Assembly: GCA_965644295.1 (NCBI GenBank)
Contig: CBFFRP010000379.1
Span: 1-64,000 of the forward strand
DNA length: 64,000 nt
DNA from: Paraphysomonas bandaiensis
Lineage: Eukaryota > Protista > Chrysophyceae
Direction of reading: 5' to 3'
The notes below the pieces were generated by a model. That model was not told the origin of the DNA. It did no database searches and saw only the letters and a program-made list of their open reading frames with translations. Shown in pieces: positions 20,901 to 31,619 of the stretch. The translations under genes were made by a program, and so were the position numbers. Positions within the stretch are counted from its first letter, which is position 1, and the number at the start of each line of letters is the position of its first letter.

Positions 20901-21965
20901 ATGAAGGAGAAGAAAATCTATTTATCTCTTGACGACTTACATAAACTTTATGGTATTGCACCAGATTTGATTTTAAAAAGAAAAAGAACAAAGAAAAAGC
21001 GCAAAGCTAAAGGCAAAAAGAAAACTAATTTTGGTACTGGTGTAAATAAGCAATTTGGGGGTGGTGGTGGTGGACCGGCCACTGCAGGTGTGGGTGCTGT
21101 ACATAGCTCAACTATTGACAGAAGAGAGATTGATATATTGCGAGGTCAGTTAAATGAAGCTAAAAACAACCCAAAGAATCCCGCCAATGAAGGTGTTTTG
21201 AGACTTGAAAATGTTCCAGAAGAGTTAAAAGAGACTTTCAAATTTGCAAAATTAGCTAATGACGGGTATGCGACTGGAAATATTAAAGTCTCTAAATCTC
21301 CAGCTGGAAATTTAATTATGGGTCCAACATCTCAAAAACAAAAAACTGCGCAACGTAGAAGAGCCATTGATATATCCAGCAAGGCAGATAATACCATCAA
21401 CCCCGCACCACCAATATCTACAAGCAATGATTTGATGTATACACAGCCATTAGAATTTAAATCAAATGATCAGGTGGAAGAATTAGACGATGGTGTTGAG
21501 GATTTGCCTTTAGAGCCACAAACTAAATTAGCTAAACCAAAAGGCAGAACTCAAAAACAGAAAGAAGCAACAAAACAATTAGTTCAACGTAGTAAAGACA
21601 AGAAAAGCGAAAGATTGAACAGAGAAGGTATGGAGGCAGAGGACTATGATGCCGATAAAGCAATTAGAGCCAAAAATCACTATGAAAAAAGACACATGAG
21701 ACAAGGATTAGAAGGCTTGTTTGTCAATATGGAACCCATTACCGGACAAATGAGTCGAACAAGACGAACAGAAATGAATATAAAACAAAAAGATGAAATA
21801 GAGGATGAGAACATGCATAAACTAAGAACAAAGCATTATGTCCGAACTCATAAAATCAAGCCACCAAGCACACCGGTACCAGCAGAATATTTTACTCCCA
21901 GAAAAGAAAATGAATTTGGCTGGGATGAATGGCGCAGTGATATCTCAGATGATGGTTTCGCTTAA
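20901..21965 (+). CDS. Hypothetical basic protein with K-rich tract and poly-Gly
   Basis: 354-aa intact ORF. Confidence 0.7.
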   Translation: MKEKKIYLSLDDLHKLYGIAPDLILKRKRTKKKRKAKGKKKTNFGTGVNKQFGGGGGGPATAGVGAVHSSTIDRREIDILRGQLNEAKNNPKNPANEGVLRLENVPEELKETFKFAKLANDGYATGNIKVSKSPAGNLIMGPTSQKQKTAQRRRAIDISSKADNTINPAPPISTSNDLMYTQPLEFKSNDQVEELDDGVEDLPLEPQTKLAKPKGRTQKQKEATKQLVQRSKDKKSERLNREGMEAEDYDADKAIRAKNHYEKRHMRQGLEGLFVNMEPITGQMSRTRRTEMNIKQKDEIEDENMHKLRTKHYVRTHKIKPPSTPVPAEYFTPRKENEFGWDEWRSDISDDGFA

Positions 21966-22004
21966 ATATAAAATGTTTAAATATTTTGTGTCACAATTAT
22001 ATAA

Positions 22005-22508
22005 ATGAGAAAAGTAGTTATTAAAGACAACGACAACAACAGACCTCTTGGAGTTGAAGAAACTAAAGAGATAGAAACTGAAGTTAAACGTGAATGTAGT
22101 TTTAGACATCGATCGATTCCAGACAAAAAACTATTTAATGTTGAGTTAAATGGACTTTCTGACAAAATTAAAGAAATTAAACTCGAAAATCAGCAGTACG
22201 AATTAGTTACTAAAATTCAATCTGTTTTAGATCTCTTTGATCCTGATTCAAATAAATACAATGAACAAATTCTATTATTTACTTGTCAAGCAGTTGAAAA
22301 TTTTATCACAAAACCAAAATCTGGTGATAGAAAACTGGCGGTTGTAGTTGAAGCAGTTAAAAAATATTTCAATAATGACATAGAATTGATTGTCAAAATG
22401 GTTGAGATATTACTACCACGAATTAAAAAAATGAATTTCATTAGACGTAATTGGAAAAGAGTAGCACGTTTTTTTTGCGGTCTGCAGCCGAGCGAGCCGT
22501 CGATATAG
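22005..22508 (+). CDS. Hypothetical protein; alternative -1 frame C-terminus to 22564
   Basis: 167-aa ORF; T8 run at 22469-22476. Confidence 0.7.
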   Translation: MRKVVIKDNDNNRPLGVEETKEIETEVKRECSFRHRSIPDKKLFNVELNGLSDKIKEIKLENQQYELVTKIQSVLDLFDPDSNKYNEQILLFTCQAVENFITKPKSGDRKLAVVVEAVKKYFNNDIELIVKMVEILLPRIKKMNFIRRNWKRVARFFCGLQPSEPSI

Positions 22509-22587
22509 CTATAACAAAAGCTTTTAAAATATTACTATTACCTATGATACTTGCTGTTTTATAATTTTATTGATTATTAATATAATA

Positions 22588-22854
22588 ATGAATAAAGAGA
22601 AACTTAAACAGTATAATCATGAATATTACTTAAAGAATAGAGACACGTTATTGATTCGAAATAGAATTTACTATTTCAATAATAAAGCTAAATGCAATGA
22701 GTATGCTAGAAACTATTATCATACTAAAATTAAAACACTTAAAGAGAACAATGAATATAAGAAATGGGTCCACACAAAAAAGGATACCAAAAGGAAAAAA
22801 CAGAAAAAATATAAAGTTATCGATGATGATACATTTATAATAAATTTTACTTAA
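22588..22854 (+). CDS. Hypothetical Y/K/N-rich helical protein
   Basis: YNHEYYLKNR-type repeats common in viral DNA-binding proteins. Confidence 0.55.
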   Translation: MNKEKLKQYNHEYYLKNRDTLLIRNRIYYFNNKAKCNEYARNYYHTKIKTLKENNEYKKWVHTKKDTKRKKQKKYKVIDDDTFIINFT

Positions 22855-23267
22855 AGATTTCTATGTTTACTTGAACATTTATGTTTAGTTTTTTCAGATT
22901 CTGGAAATGATTCTTGACATCCCCAACAATACATCAATGGATCAGTTTCACGAGAAGGTCGTTTACTGACCGCGCCTCTTGAACCAGCAGGGAGCTGATG
23001 CTTCAGCGAGTCGTCTTGTTTAGATTTCTTGATGTCTTCTAATTCTTGTTTTATTGCTTCTAATTCGCTTGAAACATTTAACTTTGCTTGTCTTCTCTCT
23101 GCCGTTGTCATGCATACTTTTGATGCTTGATGTTTCTTCATATTTTGATGCGATACTATTCTGCCACATTTTAAACATTCTTCTTTTTCAAATAGCTTTG
23201 CACATATTGCGCTTTTCTTTTCAGCGTAGTATTTTTTATTATACTCTCTTCTTGAATCTTTGTTCAT
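22851..23267 (-). CDS. Zn-finger hypothetical protein
   Basis: CLKCG...H....VC and CWGC...HKC; ACTTAA 36 nt upstream. Confidence 0.65.
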   Translation of the reverse strand: MNKDSRREYNKKYYAEKKSAICAKLFEKEECLKCGRIVSHQNMKKHQASKVCMTTAERRQAKLNVSSELEAIKQELEDIKKSKQDDSLKHQLPAGSRGAVSKRPSRETDPLMYCWGCQESFPESEKTKHKCSSKHRNL

Positions 23268-23357
23268 TATACTATACTCTTATATATTAATTTCTTTTTA
23301 AGTGTTTTTTACTAAATTAGTTTATTTATATTTTTTATATGTGTATTATATATCATT

Positions 23358-24404
23358 ATGAATGATCTTATTAAAAAATATGATATCGATGAAACATTAA
23401 CAAGACCAAGTAAACAAACCAAGAAGAAAAGATATAATCGAATAAAAGATAATATACCACTTAAAGAAAATTATAACTTTATGGCGGATGTGTTGCATTT
23501 ACCAAAAGATAAAAAAGGATATCAATATTTATTAGTTGTTGTTGATTTGGCAACTGATGAGTTTGATATGGAACCAATGAAAACAGAAAACTCTGATGAA
23601 ACTTTAAAAGCAATAAAGGTGATATTTCATCGTAATCATCTTAATAAACCGTACGCTTCTATTCGAACAGATGGCGGTGCATCATTTAAAAAAGGTTTTG
23701 CAAAATATTTGTACGACGAAAGTATATTACATAACGTTGCATTAGCGGGACGACATAAACAAATGTCGGCAGTGGAGAGTTTAAATAGAACATTAGGTAG
23801 ATTTTTCAATGGTTATATGAACAGCATTGAGTTAAAAACTGGAAAAATTTATAGAGAATGGACTGATATAGTTGATAGGCTAAGAATAGATTTGAATAAA
23901 CTAAGAAAAAAAGATGTGTCTGATATTGACTTGGCAACACATAAGTATCCTGTTCCAGACACAACCAAATCAAAACCTAAATATAATGTGGGTGACTTTG
24001 TGTATCGAAAATTAGACAAACCCAAAAATGCTTTAAATGAAACTATTAATTCTGATGTGTTCCGAGAAGGTGACTTCCGCTTTGACCCTATACCTGTACA
24101 AATTAAACAAATATTGTATTATCCTGGAAAAGTTACATACAGATATATGTTAAGTGGTATTAAAAATGCATCCTTTACAGAAGATGAACTAATGCCTGCA
24201 CCTGATGCCGAAGAAGAACAAGTTGAAATTAAAAAGATTCTTGATAAGCGATTTTTTGATGGCGAAAATCACTATCAAGTTTGGATGTATGGAGAGTTAA
24301 AAAAAGACGCGGGATGGTATGCTAAAAGTGATTTACTAAAAACTGTTGATAAAAAGTTATTAGATGATTTTGATAAAAGCATTAAGAAAAAGAAAAAACG
24401 TTAA
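23358..24404 (+). CDS. Retroviral-type (rve) DDE integrase with C-terminal chromodomain-like region
   Basis: ADVLHLP..YLLVVVD, IRTDGGASF, VESLNRTL (D,D,E); IKKILDKR...HYQVWMYG....GW. Confidence 0.92.
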   Translation: MNDLIKKYDIDETLTRPSKQTKKKRYNRIKDNIPLKENYNFMADVLHLPKDKKGYQYLLVVVDLATDEFDMEPMKTENSDETLKAIKVIFHRNHLNKPYASIRTDGGASFKKGFAKYLYDESILHNVALAGRHKQMSAVESLNRTLGRFFNGYMNSIELKTGKIYREWTDIVDRLRIDLNKLRKKDVSDIDLATHKYPVPDTTKSKPKYNVGDFVYRKLDKPKNALNETINSDVFREGDFRFDPIPVQIKQILYYPGKVTYRYMLSGIKNASFTEDELMPAPDAEEEQVEIKKILDKRFFDGENHYQVWMYGELKKDAGWYAKSDLLKTVDKKLLDDFDKSIKKKKKR

Positions 24405-25651
24405 CAACATTCTTCAATATGTGTTTTTATGTCCTTGTATTTAAGTCGCTCGTCACACTTTGGACATATATGATTGTATCCATTTACATGTCTCCATTCA
24501 ATCATACCCGAAGTTTTATCTTCTCGCAATAGATTGGGTATATCTAACTTTGGATCTTTCTTAAAAGTAACGTTATCGGTGTGAATACGAATGACGTTAT
24601 CAATATCCTTTAATGCTACTTCTGCTATTTTGTTTCTTGCATATGAAAGCAAAAACGGAAGTAGTCTAATATTGTATTTAAAAGGATTATTCGAATCTAA
24701 AAGTTTGTAATTCTCTTCATCGTTACTATGTGCTGACATATACTTATCCTGTACAATATAATCGCATTCTTTTGTATATCCCCAGTCATAACCTTCATTT
24801 TCTAATTCATCATATGATTTATATATCATATTGTACTGCGTTAACGTTCCCCATAGCGATGACATCAAATGTTTTACAAGTTTATTGTTGGGATACAACT
24901 TTTTTAACTGAATTAAACGATTGTACCATTCTCCAAATATTTCACTAGCTTTTACTAAATCTTTTGTTCTGTATATGTATGCGTTTGGTTTATCATCAAC
25001 AATTAACTCAATATTTACATCAAATTTCTTTTTGTATTTCATTGCATGTTTTAGAGATATATGAGTATATGTATGTTTTGGAGAAAATGAAAATATCTTT
25101 TTAAAGTTTTTATTATCAGATGTAATTTTAACTCTGTATAATCCGTATTTAAGTTTAGAACGTTTTTTTAACTTCTTTAAGTATTTTTCTTTTCCTTTCT
25201 TTGTTGGTATTATAAAATTATCATCTATCAATAAAGATGGATAAAATCCACTAAAATCGTATCCATATGAATTAAATACTCCCGGTTCGCAAAACTGTAA
25301 ACCTGCATTATAACAATCTTGAAAGTATCCATTTTCTATTTTTTTAATCCTGTCATGGTGTTCATATTTTCCTTTACAATATTGCATAAAGACACATTTA
25401 ACAGCGCCCAAGTGTGAATGAAATTTTTTGTAATCAATTGACAAGTTTTTAGTAAATCTCATCTCTCTACACCACGCCCTGAAATCTTTACCATACTGTT
25501 TTATTCCTTCATCTGATGCTTCGTATCCTTTAAACAATTGATACGCATATTCTAATTTCATACATTTCTCATGTGACATGTCTGAAAAGATGTAGTTCTT
25601 AACATCTAAAACTCTGTACATGGCACTATTCATTTTATAATAAAAATACAT
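24401..25651 (-). CDS. Short divergent family-B DNA polymerase lacking an exonuclease domain
   Basis: YNAG (YxGG/A), YDFSGFYPS (motif A), KHLMSSLWG (motif B), IHTDNV (motif C); C-terminal CPKC...H...C. Confidence 0.8.
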   Translation of the reverse strand: MYFYYKMNSAMYRVLDVKNYIFSDMSHEKCMKLEYAYQLFKGYEASDEGIKQYGKDFRAWCREMRFTKNLSIDYKKFHSHLGAVKCVFMQYCKGKYEHHDRIKKIENGYFQDCYNAGLQFCEPGVFNSYGYDFSGFYPSLLIDDNFIIPTKKGKEKYLKKLKKRSKLKYGLYRVKITSDNKNFKKIFSFSPKHTYTHISLKHAMKYKKKFDVNIELIVDDKPNAYIYRTKDLVKASEIFGEWYNRLIQLKKLYPNNKLVKHLMSSLWGTLTQYNMIYKSYDELENEGYDWGYTKECDYIVQDKYMSAHSNDEENYKLLDSNNPFKYNIRLLPFLLSYARNKIAEVALKDIDNVIRIHTDNVTFKKDPKLDIPNLLREDKTSGMIEWRHVNGYNHICPKCDERLKYKDIKTHIEECC

Positions 25652-25696
25652 TCTATATATTATTATTATATTAATTATTTTTTAAGTAGTTTTATA

Positions 25697-26050
25697 TTAA
25701 ACAAAATTATCCTCAATATCATCGGGTACAAAGGCAGTAATTTGCAATTGTGAGAACTTTGAAAACTTATCTGTGTCTTTGACTCTATTTGCATAATAAT
25801 CTTCTTCATCATCAACATTGAGGTCACTATAAAATCCTTTGAGTGTGCTCCATCTGGCTGCGTTTAAAGCGCGCACCATAAATAGTTTATTTGGATCTGA
25901 ATTTTGCAATCCTTGTACAATATCGCGTACATCTTGAGCAGAGATATTATTCTTTTTGTCATTTCTGTACAATTGTATTGTTCGTTCTTTTCCGTGCTTC
26001 ACAGTTTTCTCTTTGATAATCTTTTTAGTGTAAACAGACTTTTTTACCAT
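25697..26050 (-). CDS. Hypothetical protein in the replication module
   Basis: 117-aa ORF with ACTTAA 37 nt upstream. Confidence 0.65.
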   Translation of the reverse strand: MVKKSVYTKKIIKEKTVKHGKERTIQLYRNDKKNNISAQDVRDIVQGLQNSDPNKLFMVRALNAARWSTLKGFYSDLNVDDEEDYYANRVKDTDKFSKFSQLQITAFVPDDIEDNFV

Positions 26051-26092
26051 TATATATAACTAAACTATATATAATAATTTTTTAAGTACTTT

Positions 26093-27694
26093 TTAATTTA
26101 GTAAATCAATAATTTCATTTAATTCTTCTTTTTCAATTTTTTGTTGTTTAAATATATTTGTTTTAAATGTTTCGGGTATGGGTTCATCGTCATTGTCAGT
26201 ATCATATTCAAAAGTAACTTTCTTAACTTTGACCATCTTAGATTTCTTTAGTTTAACCTCTTCGGGTTCTCTTAATCTATACAATTCATCTTGAAGCTTT
26301 TTTATTTTTTCTTGTAATTTCATATAATCTTCTGCTCTAACATACTGTGCTTTATCATCTGATTTAATGTATTTTGGAACAGGTTCATTTACTTCTTCAA
26401 CACCGTCGGTTAGTGTATAATACTTCTCTGAGATCAAATAATTTTCTAATTCTTTAATATTGCATCGGTACGATCTGCCTTTTTTAGTATTTATTTTCTT
26501 TATGACTTCGTGCTGTTTCATTTCTAGTCCAAACTTTGTAATATTAGTTTTGTATTCAAAGCCATTTTGTTTTAGAAACAAACAATATCTATTGTAGAAG
26601 TCTGTTGCACTTGCTTTTAACTCTTCTGTTTTGTCTAATTCTTCTTGCATGACATTAACTAAAAATTGCGCTGTAATTGGAATATTTCTCTCTTGTAAGT
26701 CATTATAGTAAGATGTTATAGGTCTCTCTTTTTGAAATGACTTTACTTTAATTTTTCTATTCAATAAGTAATCATAAAATGCTCTGTCATATATTCCGCT
26801 GTTTATTTCGTCATGTAAATTGTTAAAATATTCTTCTGAATGCTTTTTCGATGGAATTTTTCTAGCAGTAAAACGCCTATCGTTATGTTCTATTTTAATG
26901 CTGTCAAAGTTGTTAGTTAAAACTACCCAATTTATATGATTTCTCTCGTGCCTTGTTTTTTCTTTCTTTATTCTAATTGAATTTATATCTCTTGTAATTG
27001 CGTTTTTAATTGCCTCAATTATTTCATCCGTCTTTGCTCTTTTACTTTCATTTAGTACGATTAAGCATTTGTGTGATATATCTTCATTAAAGTTCCCACC
27101 AATCAACATATCAATATGATCCTCATTTAAATAGTATTCTGGTCCCAATATTTTAATACCAAAATGATTTAACCCTGTATCTTTACCATCTCCTGGTTTA
27201 GATTGTAGTGACATTGAAACATCTGTTTTATTACCTGTCTGTACTATATATGCAAAATAATCCATCGCATAGTCAAACATTTCATCACCAAATAGGTACT
27301 GATAATGTTTAAACATTAAACTATTTTCAAATTTAAGATCAGTCTTTTTTAATTTTGAAGCTCTCCATCCGTTCCATTGATTGTATTGATCATTTGATAC
27401 TTCCTTACATGGCTCAAATACAATCTCTTTATATGTTCTTATACAAGGGTCTCGCATCCAATCGTTGACAAACATACAATGTTTTTTCTCAGACACTTCT
27501 GTTCCGTCCTTCTTACTTTTTGTTTCAATCTTTGTATAAAATAAGTTTTCATACAATGTTAACATTTCGTGCTTGGATCTCATTACAATCTTTTCATCAA
27601 CAATTTGAACGTATGTAACGGGGTTAATAACTTTGAAGTGAGTCTTTTCAAAAGTAACTTTCAATTCTTTGTAAGAAATTTCTTTACTTGTCAT
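26093..27694 (-). CDS. SF3 (D5-like) helicase/NTPase without an evident primase domain
   Basis: Walker A-like SKPGDGKDT, Walker B LIVLNE, motif C VVLTNN, NDRRF. Confidence 0.85.
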   Translation of the reverse strand: MTSKEISYKELKVTFEKTHFKVINPVTYVQIVDEKIVMRSKHEMLTLYENLFYTKIETKSKKDGTEVSEKKHCMFVNDWMRDPCIRTYKEIVFEPCKEVSNDQYNQWNGWRASKLKKTDLKFENSLMFKHYQYLFGDEMFDYAMDYFAYIVQTGNKTDVSMSLQSKPGDGKDTGLNHFGIKILGPEYYLNEDHIDMLIGGNFNEDISHKCLIVLNESKRAKTDEIIEAIKNAITRDINSIRIKKEKTRHERNHINWVVLTNNFDSIKIEHNDRRFTARKIPSKKHSEEYFNNLHDEINSGIYDRAFYDYLLNRKIKVKSFQKERPITSYYNDLQERNIPITAQFLVNVMQEELDKTEELKASATDFYNRYCLFLKQNGFEYKTNITKFGLEMKQHEVIKKINTKKGRSYRCNIKELENYLISEKYYTLTDGVEEVNEPVPKYIKSDDKAQYVRAEDYMKLQEKIKKLQDELYRLREPEEVKLKKSKMVKVKKVTFEYDTDNDDEPIPETFKTNIFKQQKIEKEELNEIIDLLN

Positions 27695-27750
27695 TTATAT
27701 ATAATACTATATATAAATATTTCCTTAAGTATTTTTAAATTAAATTAAAA

Positions 27751-28197
27751 TTAAAAACCAAATTTCATTTGTCGTTGTTTTGCACGATATGCTTCTTGAT
27801 ACTGTCTTATTTTTTCCTTATTCTTTTCTCTGTATTCTTTACTGGACGTAGCTATCCTTTCTTTATTCTTTTCTCTGTATTCTTTACTGGACGTAGCTAT
27901 CCTTTCTTTATTCTTTTCTCTGTATTCTTTACTGGACGTAGCTATCTTTTCTTTATTCTTTTCTCTGTATTCTTTACTTGATTCAGCTATCTTTTCTTTA
28001 TTTAGCTTTCTATACTGTTTATTGTAATCTTTCTTTTTCTCTTTATTTTCCCCAAACTTTTTGACAAGTGTCTCGCAATTTAGATGATCACTGTATACAA
28101 ACCAACATTTCATATTTGAATCCCACTGGGCGCCTAACAGTTTAGCATCATCTTTGAGTTCGAAATCGACATTAAGAAATATCCTGAAAGTTTTCAT
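27751..28197 (-). CDS. DUF5710-like domain protein with 15-aa tandem repeats
   Basis: FLNVDFELKDDAKLLGAQWD....WFV; repeats SKEYREKNKERIATS (45 bp). Confidence 0.75.
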   Translation of the reverse strand: MKTFRIFLNVDFELKDDAKLLGAQWDSNMKCWFVYSDHLNCETLVKKFGENKEKKKDYNKQYRKLNKEKIAESSKEYREKNKEKIATSSKEYREKNKERIATSSKEYREKNKERIATSSKEYREKNKEKIRQYQEAYRAKQRQMKFGF

Positions 28198-28297
28198 TTA
28201 CTTTATAATATTACTGTAGTGCCTTATTCTTAAGTAGTTTTAATATAAAAAATACTTTAAGTACATATTACCTGATGTCTGACCATGAAACATTTTC

Positions 28298-28699
28298 GAC
28301 AGTGATGACGCTATTGTGTGGGTACGATAAGATAGTGTAGTAGGTATGGTGGCGAGCTCGTTTGTAGCTACTGCGGACTTCAATCTTAAAATCTACTGCT
28401 ATTCTCTCTATATTATTTTACTGCTGGTGTTGAGTATAGGGTTGATGCCCTTTCTCATATTATAATAATTATAACTATTTTATCTATTTTTATTTCTCTT
28501 GAAAATTACCCTAAACCCTCAACCCTTAATATATAATATATTATAAAAAAGATATATATAAAATGAATTATTAAAATGTTATATAAAAATGAATTATATT
28601 ACTTTTTAAAAATTATAATATAGGATTGGTTTTAGGGATTCGATTTAATGGACCCCATTGCCTGCAAGCGGAGCGTATAAACCATCCTGCTTTTTTTTT
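28298..28699 (-). repeat. Right terminal inverted repeat
   Basis: Reverse complement of 11029-11430; followed by GCTGAA. Confidence 0.97.
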
Positions 28700-29017
28700 G
28701 CTGAACTTGAATTCGCACAGTAATCAACTAGTAAAATTTTAAGCAACAATATGTATGTCTCATCATTCATTGATAGTGATTACTACTAATCAATATTATC
28801 TAAAGGTTGGGACTCACAACTCCCTCAGAGGCACCAATTCAAACTCAACTTGAAAGAGTCTGTGGCTCACAAATCCACTGTAGTCTGACCTCGTGTGGAC
28901 TACGTAATTTTGAAAATGCAGTGGTGAGTATACTTCAACTATTATTTGCAGCGGCCAAACAGATGCTCCAAGCGTCCGTGGGCAGCTCCCACACATATAT
29001 ATAGCAATAGGTATTTT

Positions 29018-29720
29018 TATTTAGCAATAGGCGATAACCTGCACCAACTTAGTGGCTAGAAGAATGCTAGACAAACTATTTAGACCTCTACCCGTAACTA
29101 ATCAATACAAACTCTTTTATCCTACTATTTAACGCTACAGAAGCTGTTTGTGCGTCGCCACAAGCACCAAGGTACGACCACTTCCGTTCTTAGTGTATGT
29201 TATGAGGCTCGCCATGATCGTGTGTCCTGGGACTCACCGGCGCGTATGATCAGAGACTCCACTCGCTATATGACTATACATACATTTTGTGTGCAATTTG
29301 CCTCGGCGACTGCCTTATGTACCTCACGGCAACCAGGGGAAACAGTACTATACCCTGCTGAGATAATTTGGCGATCTGGTGGCCTTCCTTTAGGCATATT
29401 GTGCCAAGTGGCTCGGAGGTATGTGGATGAAGGTCTTGCAAAAGGTTATGGCCTACTGTGAAGTAGCGTCAAAATCGACTCTTTTGCTGTCTTAGCCAGC
29501 GGTAGAGAGCACATGCAAGAGAGTGTATAGCTGGACAGGAGTGGAGCATATACTCAAGAGCGAAAGTGGTTGCACCTTGGTGCTTGCGGTGACGCACAAG
29601 AAGCTTTCGTAGCGCTAAATAGTAGGGTATCAGAGTTAAGCACTAGTTAATTAAAAATTGTAATGCTAATAAATTAGTTCTGACTCTTACACGCCTATTG
29701 CTAATAGTTAGTAAGACATT
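29018..29720. mobile_element. MITE-like non-autonomous element with diverged inverted arms
   Basis: ~29018-29183 and ~29564-29720 are inverted copies; solo arms at 6026 and 61546; no coding capacity or clear TSD seen. Confidence 0.6.
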
Positions 29721-30323
29721 CTTAGCAGTACTATTACTATCTATTGTTTCATCATAATATATATAACTAATTCATGTAATACTGTTGATCACTACTACTG
29801 TTCTTCAAGCAACGGTAATAATACCTTCGAAATACAGCGAAAAATTGTTCGCAAACAGCTCTTTTTTCATTTAGCAGTGCACTTTTTAACAGTGAGAAGT
29901 ATATTTAAGTAGATGTCAAACATCATCAAAAATACGAGGGGCATCATGCCATCTTTGAAATATGTAAACTAACGATGTAATGATACTGGTATTATTCACG
30001 GTCATCGAATGTATTGGACTCCCATGCATCGTTGAATTGAAGATCGTTTTTGGACAACCACTCTATATATATTTCCGAGTATTTGTAACAAACAGTTTTT
30101 GGTTTTCATATATTCTTATTATGAATTATATTACAATAAATATTGTACACAGACAGCAGCTATATGCTGAAACTGTATATAATAAATACCGCAAAACTAT
30201 CTTCGATTAGAGAAAATATACTTCTTTGGGAAGATTCAACACAGTGAGATACGAAGGCATGATCACAGCACAAGAAAACCGTACCAGTGGTATATACATA
30301 CACCCTCCTAGTGCCGAAGTAAA

Positions 30324-31619
30324 CTACTCTATATTAAGCATCTCTCTGATACTATCACTTGACGGAGTAGTGCTACCTCCAGTCATCTGCACAGCTAATG
30401 CACCGCCGATACAACCAGCTCTAAGAGATCGTTGTATATTTCCTCGCGACTGTACCCACTCCACTAGAAATGTGCCAATAAATGCATCACCTGCTCCTGT
30501 GGTGTCCACAACCTCCTATACGCATGAACGATATAAAAAAATAGCCAGTATAATGCGCTAAATGTATACATACACACACCTCAATGGGAAAAGCTTTTTG
30601 GTGACATTCCATAATATTGGACTCTACGTCATCCATATTGGTAGTGACGCCTGAACACATATATCAACGAACTGTAACCAGCTAAACACGAGAGTAAAAT
30701 ACCTTCAAGAGTAGGTGAAATCGAATACACGGTCGCGCCATTGCCCGAAGAGGTGATAACTACATATCTACAGCCCCGCCTCAGAAATTCACTGGCTGCC
30801 TGCCTGCTGCTCGTGCATCCAGCCATAGCGTGCGCTTCGTGCTGTTCACGGGACAAAGAATCAGCACTTCAAAAGAATAAATACACAGGAGATACACAGG
30901 AGACTAGGCGTGCAGGCACCTCATTGCAGAAGATCAGATCTAGCCACGGACAGAGGTCATACACTCCATCCCATTGTCCACTGGCGTCGAATTGAGGATT
31001 TACTGACGTGCCGACACCACGGGATCTCGCCTGACAACACCATGTTACGCATTAATCTCGAAAAAATCCGACACAAGTCATACTTTTTGAAAAATTTCTT
31101 CCCAGTGCGGCTTCATATTATCGCAGTTATAGTATCCCGCACAATGAACATGCGTTGCCTCTTCCACCCCATTTACCCAACACGGGAACCACTCCAAGGA
31201 CATATGTTGTATACACCCACGATCAGTGACAAATCCACGATCTTGGCCAGAAAGAACAATACATGTGCCAGTTTGAAGATCTGGGCGAATCACAACACGG
31301 CTATCCACGTAATCCTGGTGCAGAGCACGCTGACATATAATCCCCTGTGCATCGTCTCCTACGGCACTACAAAATAGCACGCTATATTCAGACACCCCAA
31401 TTATTATGTCGCAATTCGATACCTAAAGAGAGTCATCCTTACTCCACTTTCCCCAGAGGCTGCAAATGCTGCCGCATGAAGAGTGGTGTTTAGCCCTGAC
31501 CCTCCCGCCACTATTCGAATAGGGGCCAACACATCTTCTCCCCAGTTCGGCATAGTCGACATACTCGATGCCACAATATCACAAAATATATCTCCGAACA
31601 CAGCTATACTACTCGCCAT
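30324..31619 (-). CDS. pfkB/ribokinase-family carbohydrate kinase, multi-exon
   Basis: VFGDIFCD, AGGSGLN, AVGDDAQG, DTTGAGDAFIG signature. Confidence 0.9.

Larger units (their letters stand above)
11031..28699. mobile_element. Complete endogenous Polinton-like virus (~17.7 kb)
   Basis: 402-bp TIRs; GCTGAA duplicated at 11025-11030 and 28700-28705; MCP, penton, A32 ATPase, rve integrase, PolB, SF3 helicase; AT-rich, intronless, gene-dense. Confidence 0.95.

Noticed and set aside
27769-27981. Hydrophobic repeat ORF on the + strand
   Set aside because: Antisense shadow of the 45-bp repeats in the DUF5710-like gene
11031-28699. Classification as a canonical Maverick or a Lavidaviridae virophage
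   Set aside because: No cysteine protease recognised, PolB is not full-length, and the MCP looks PLV-type; phylogeny is needed to settle it
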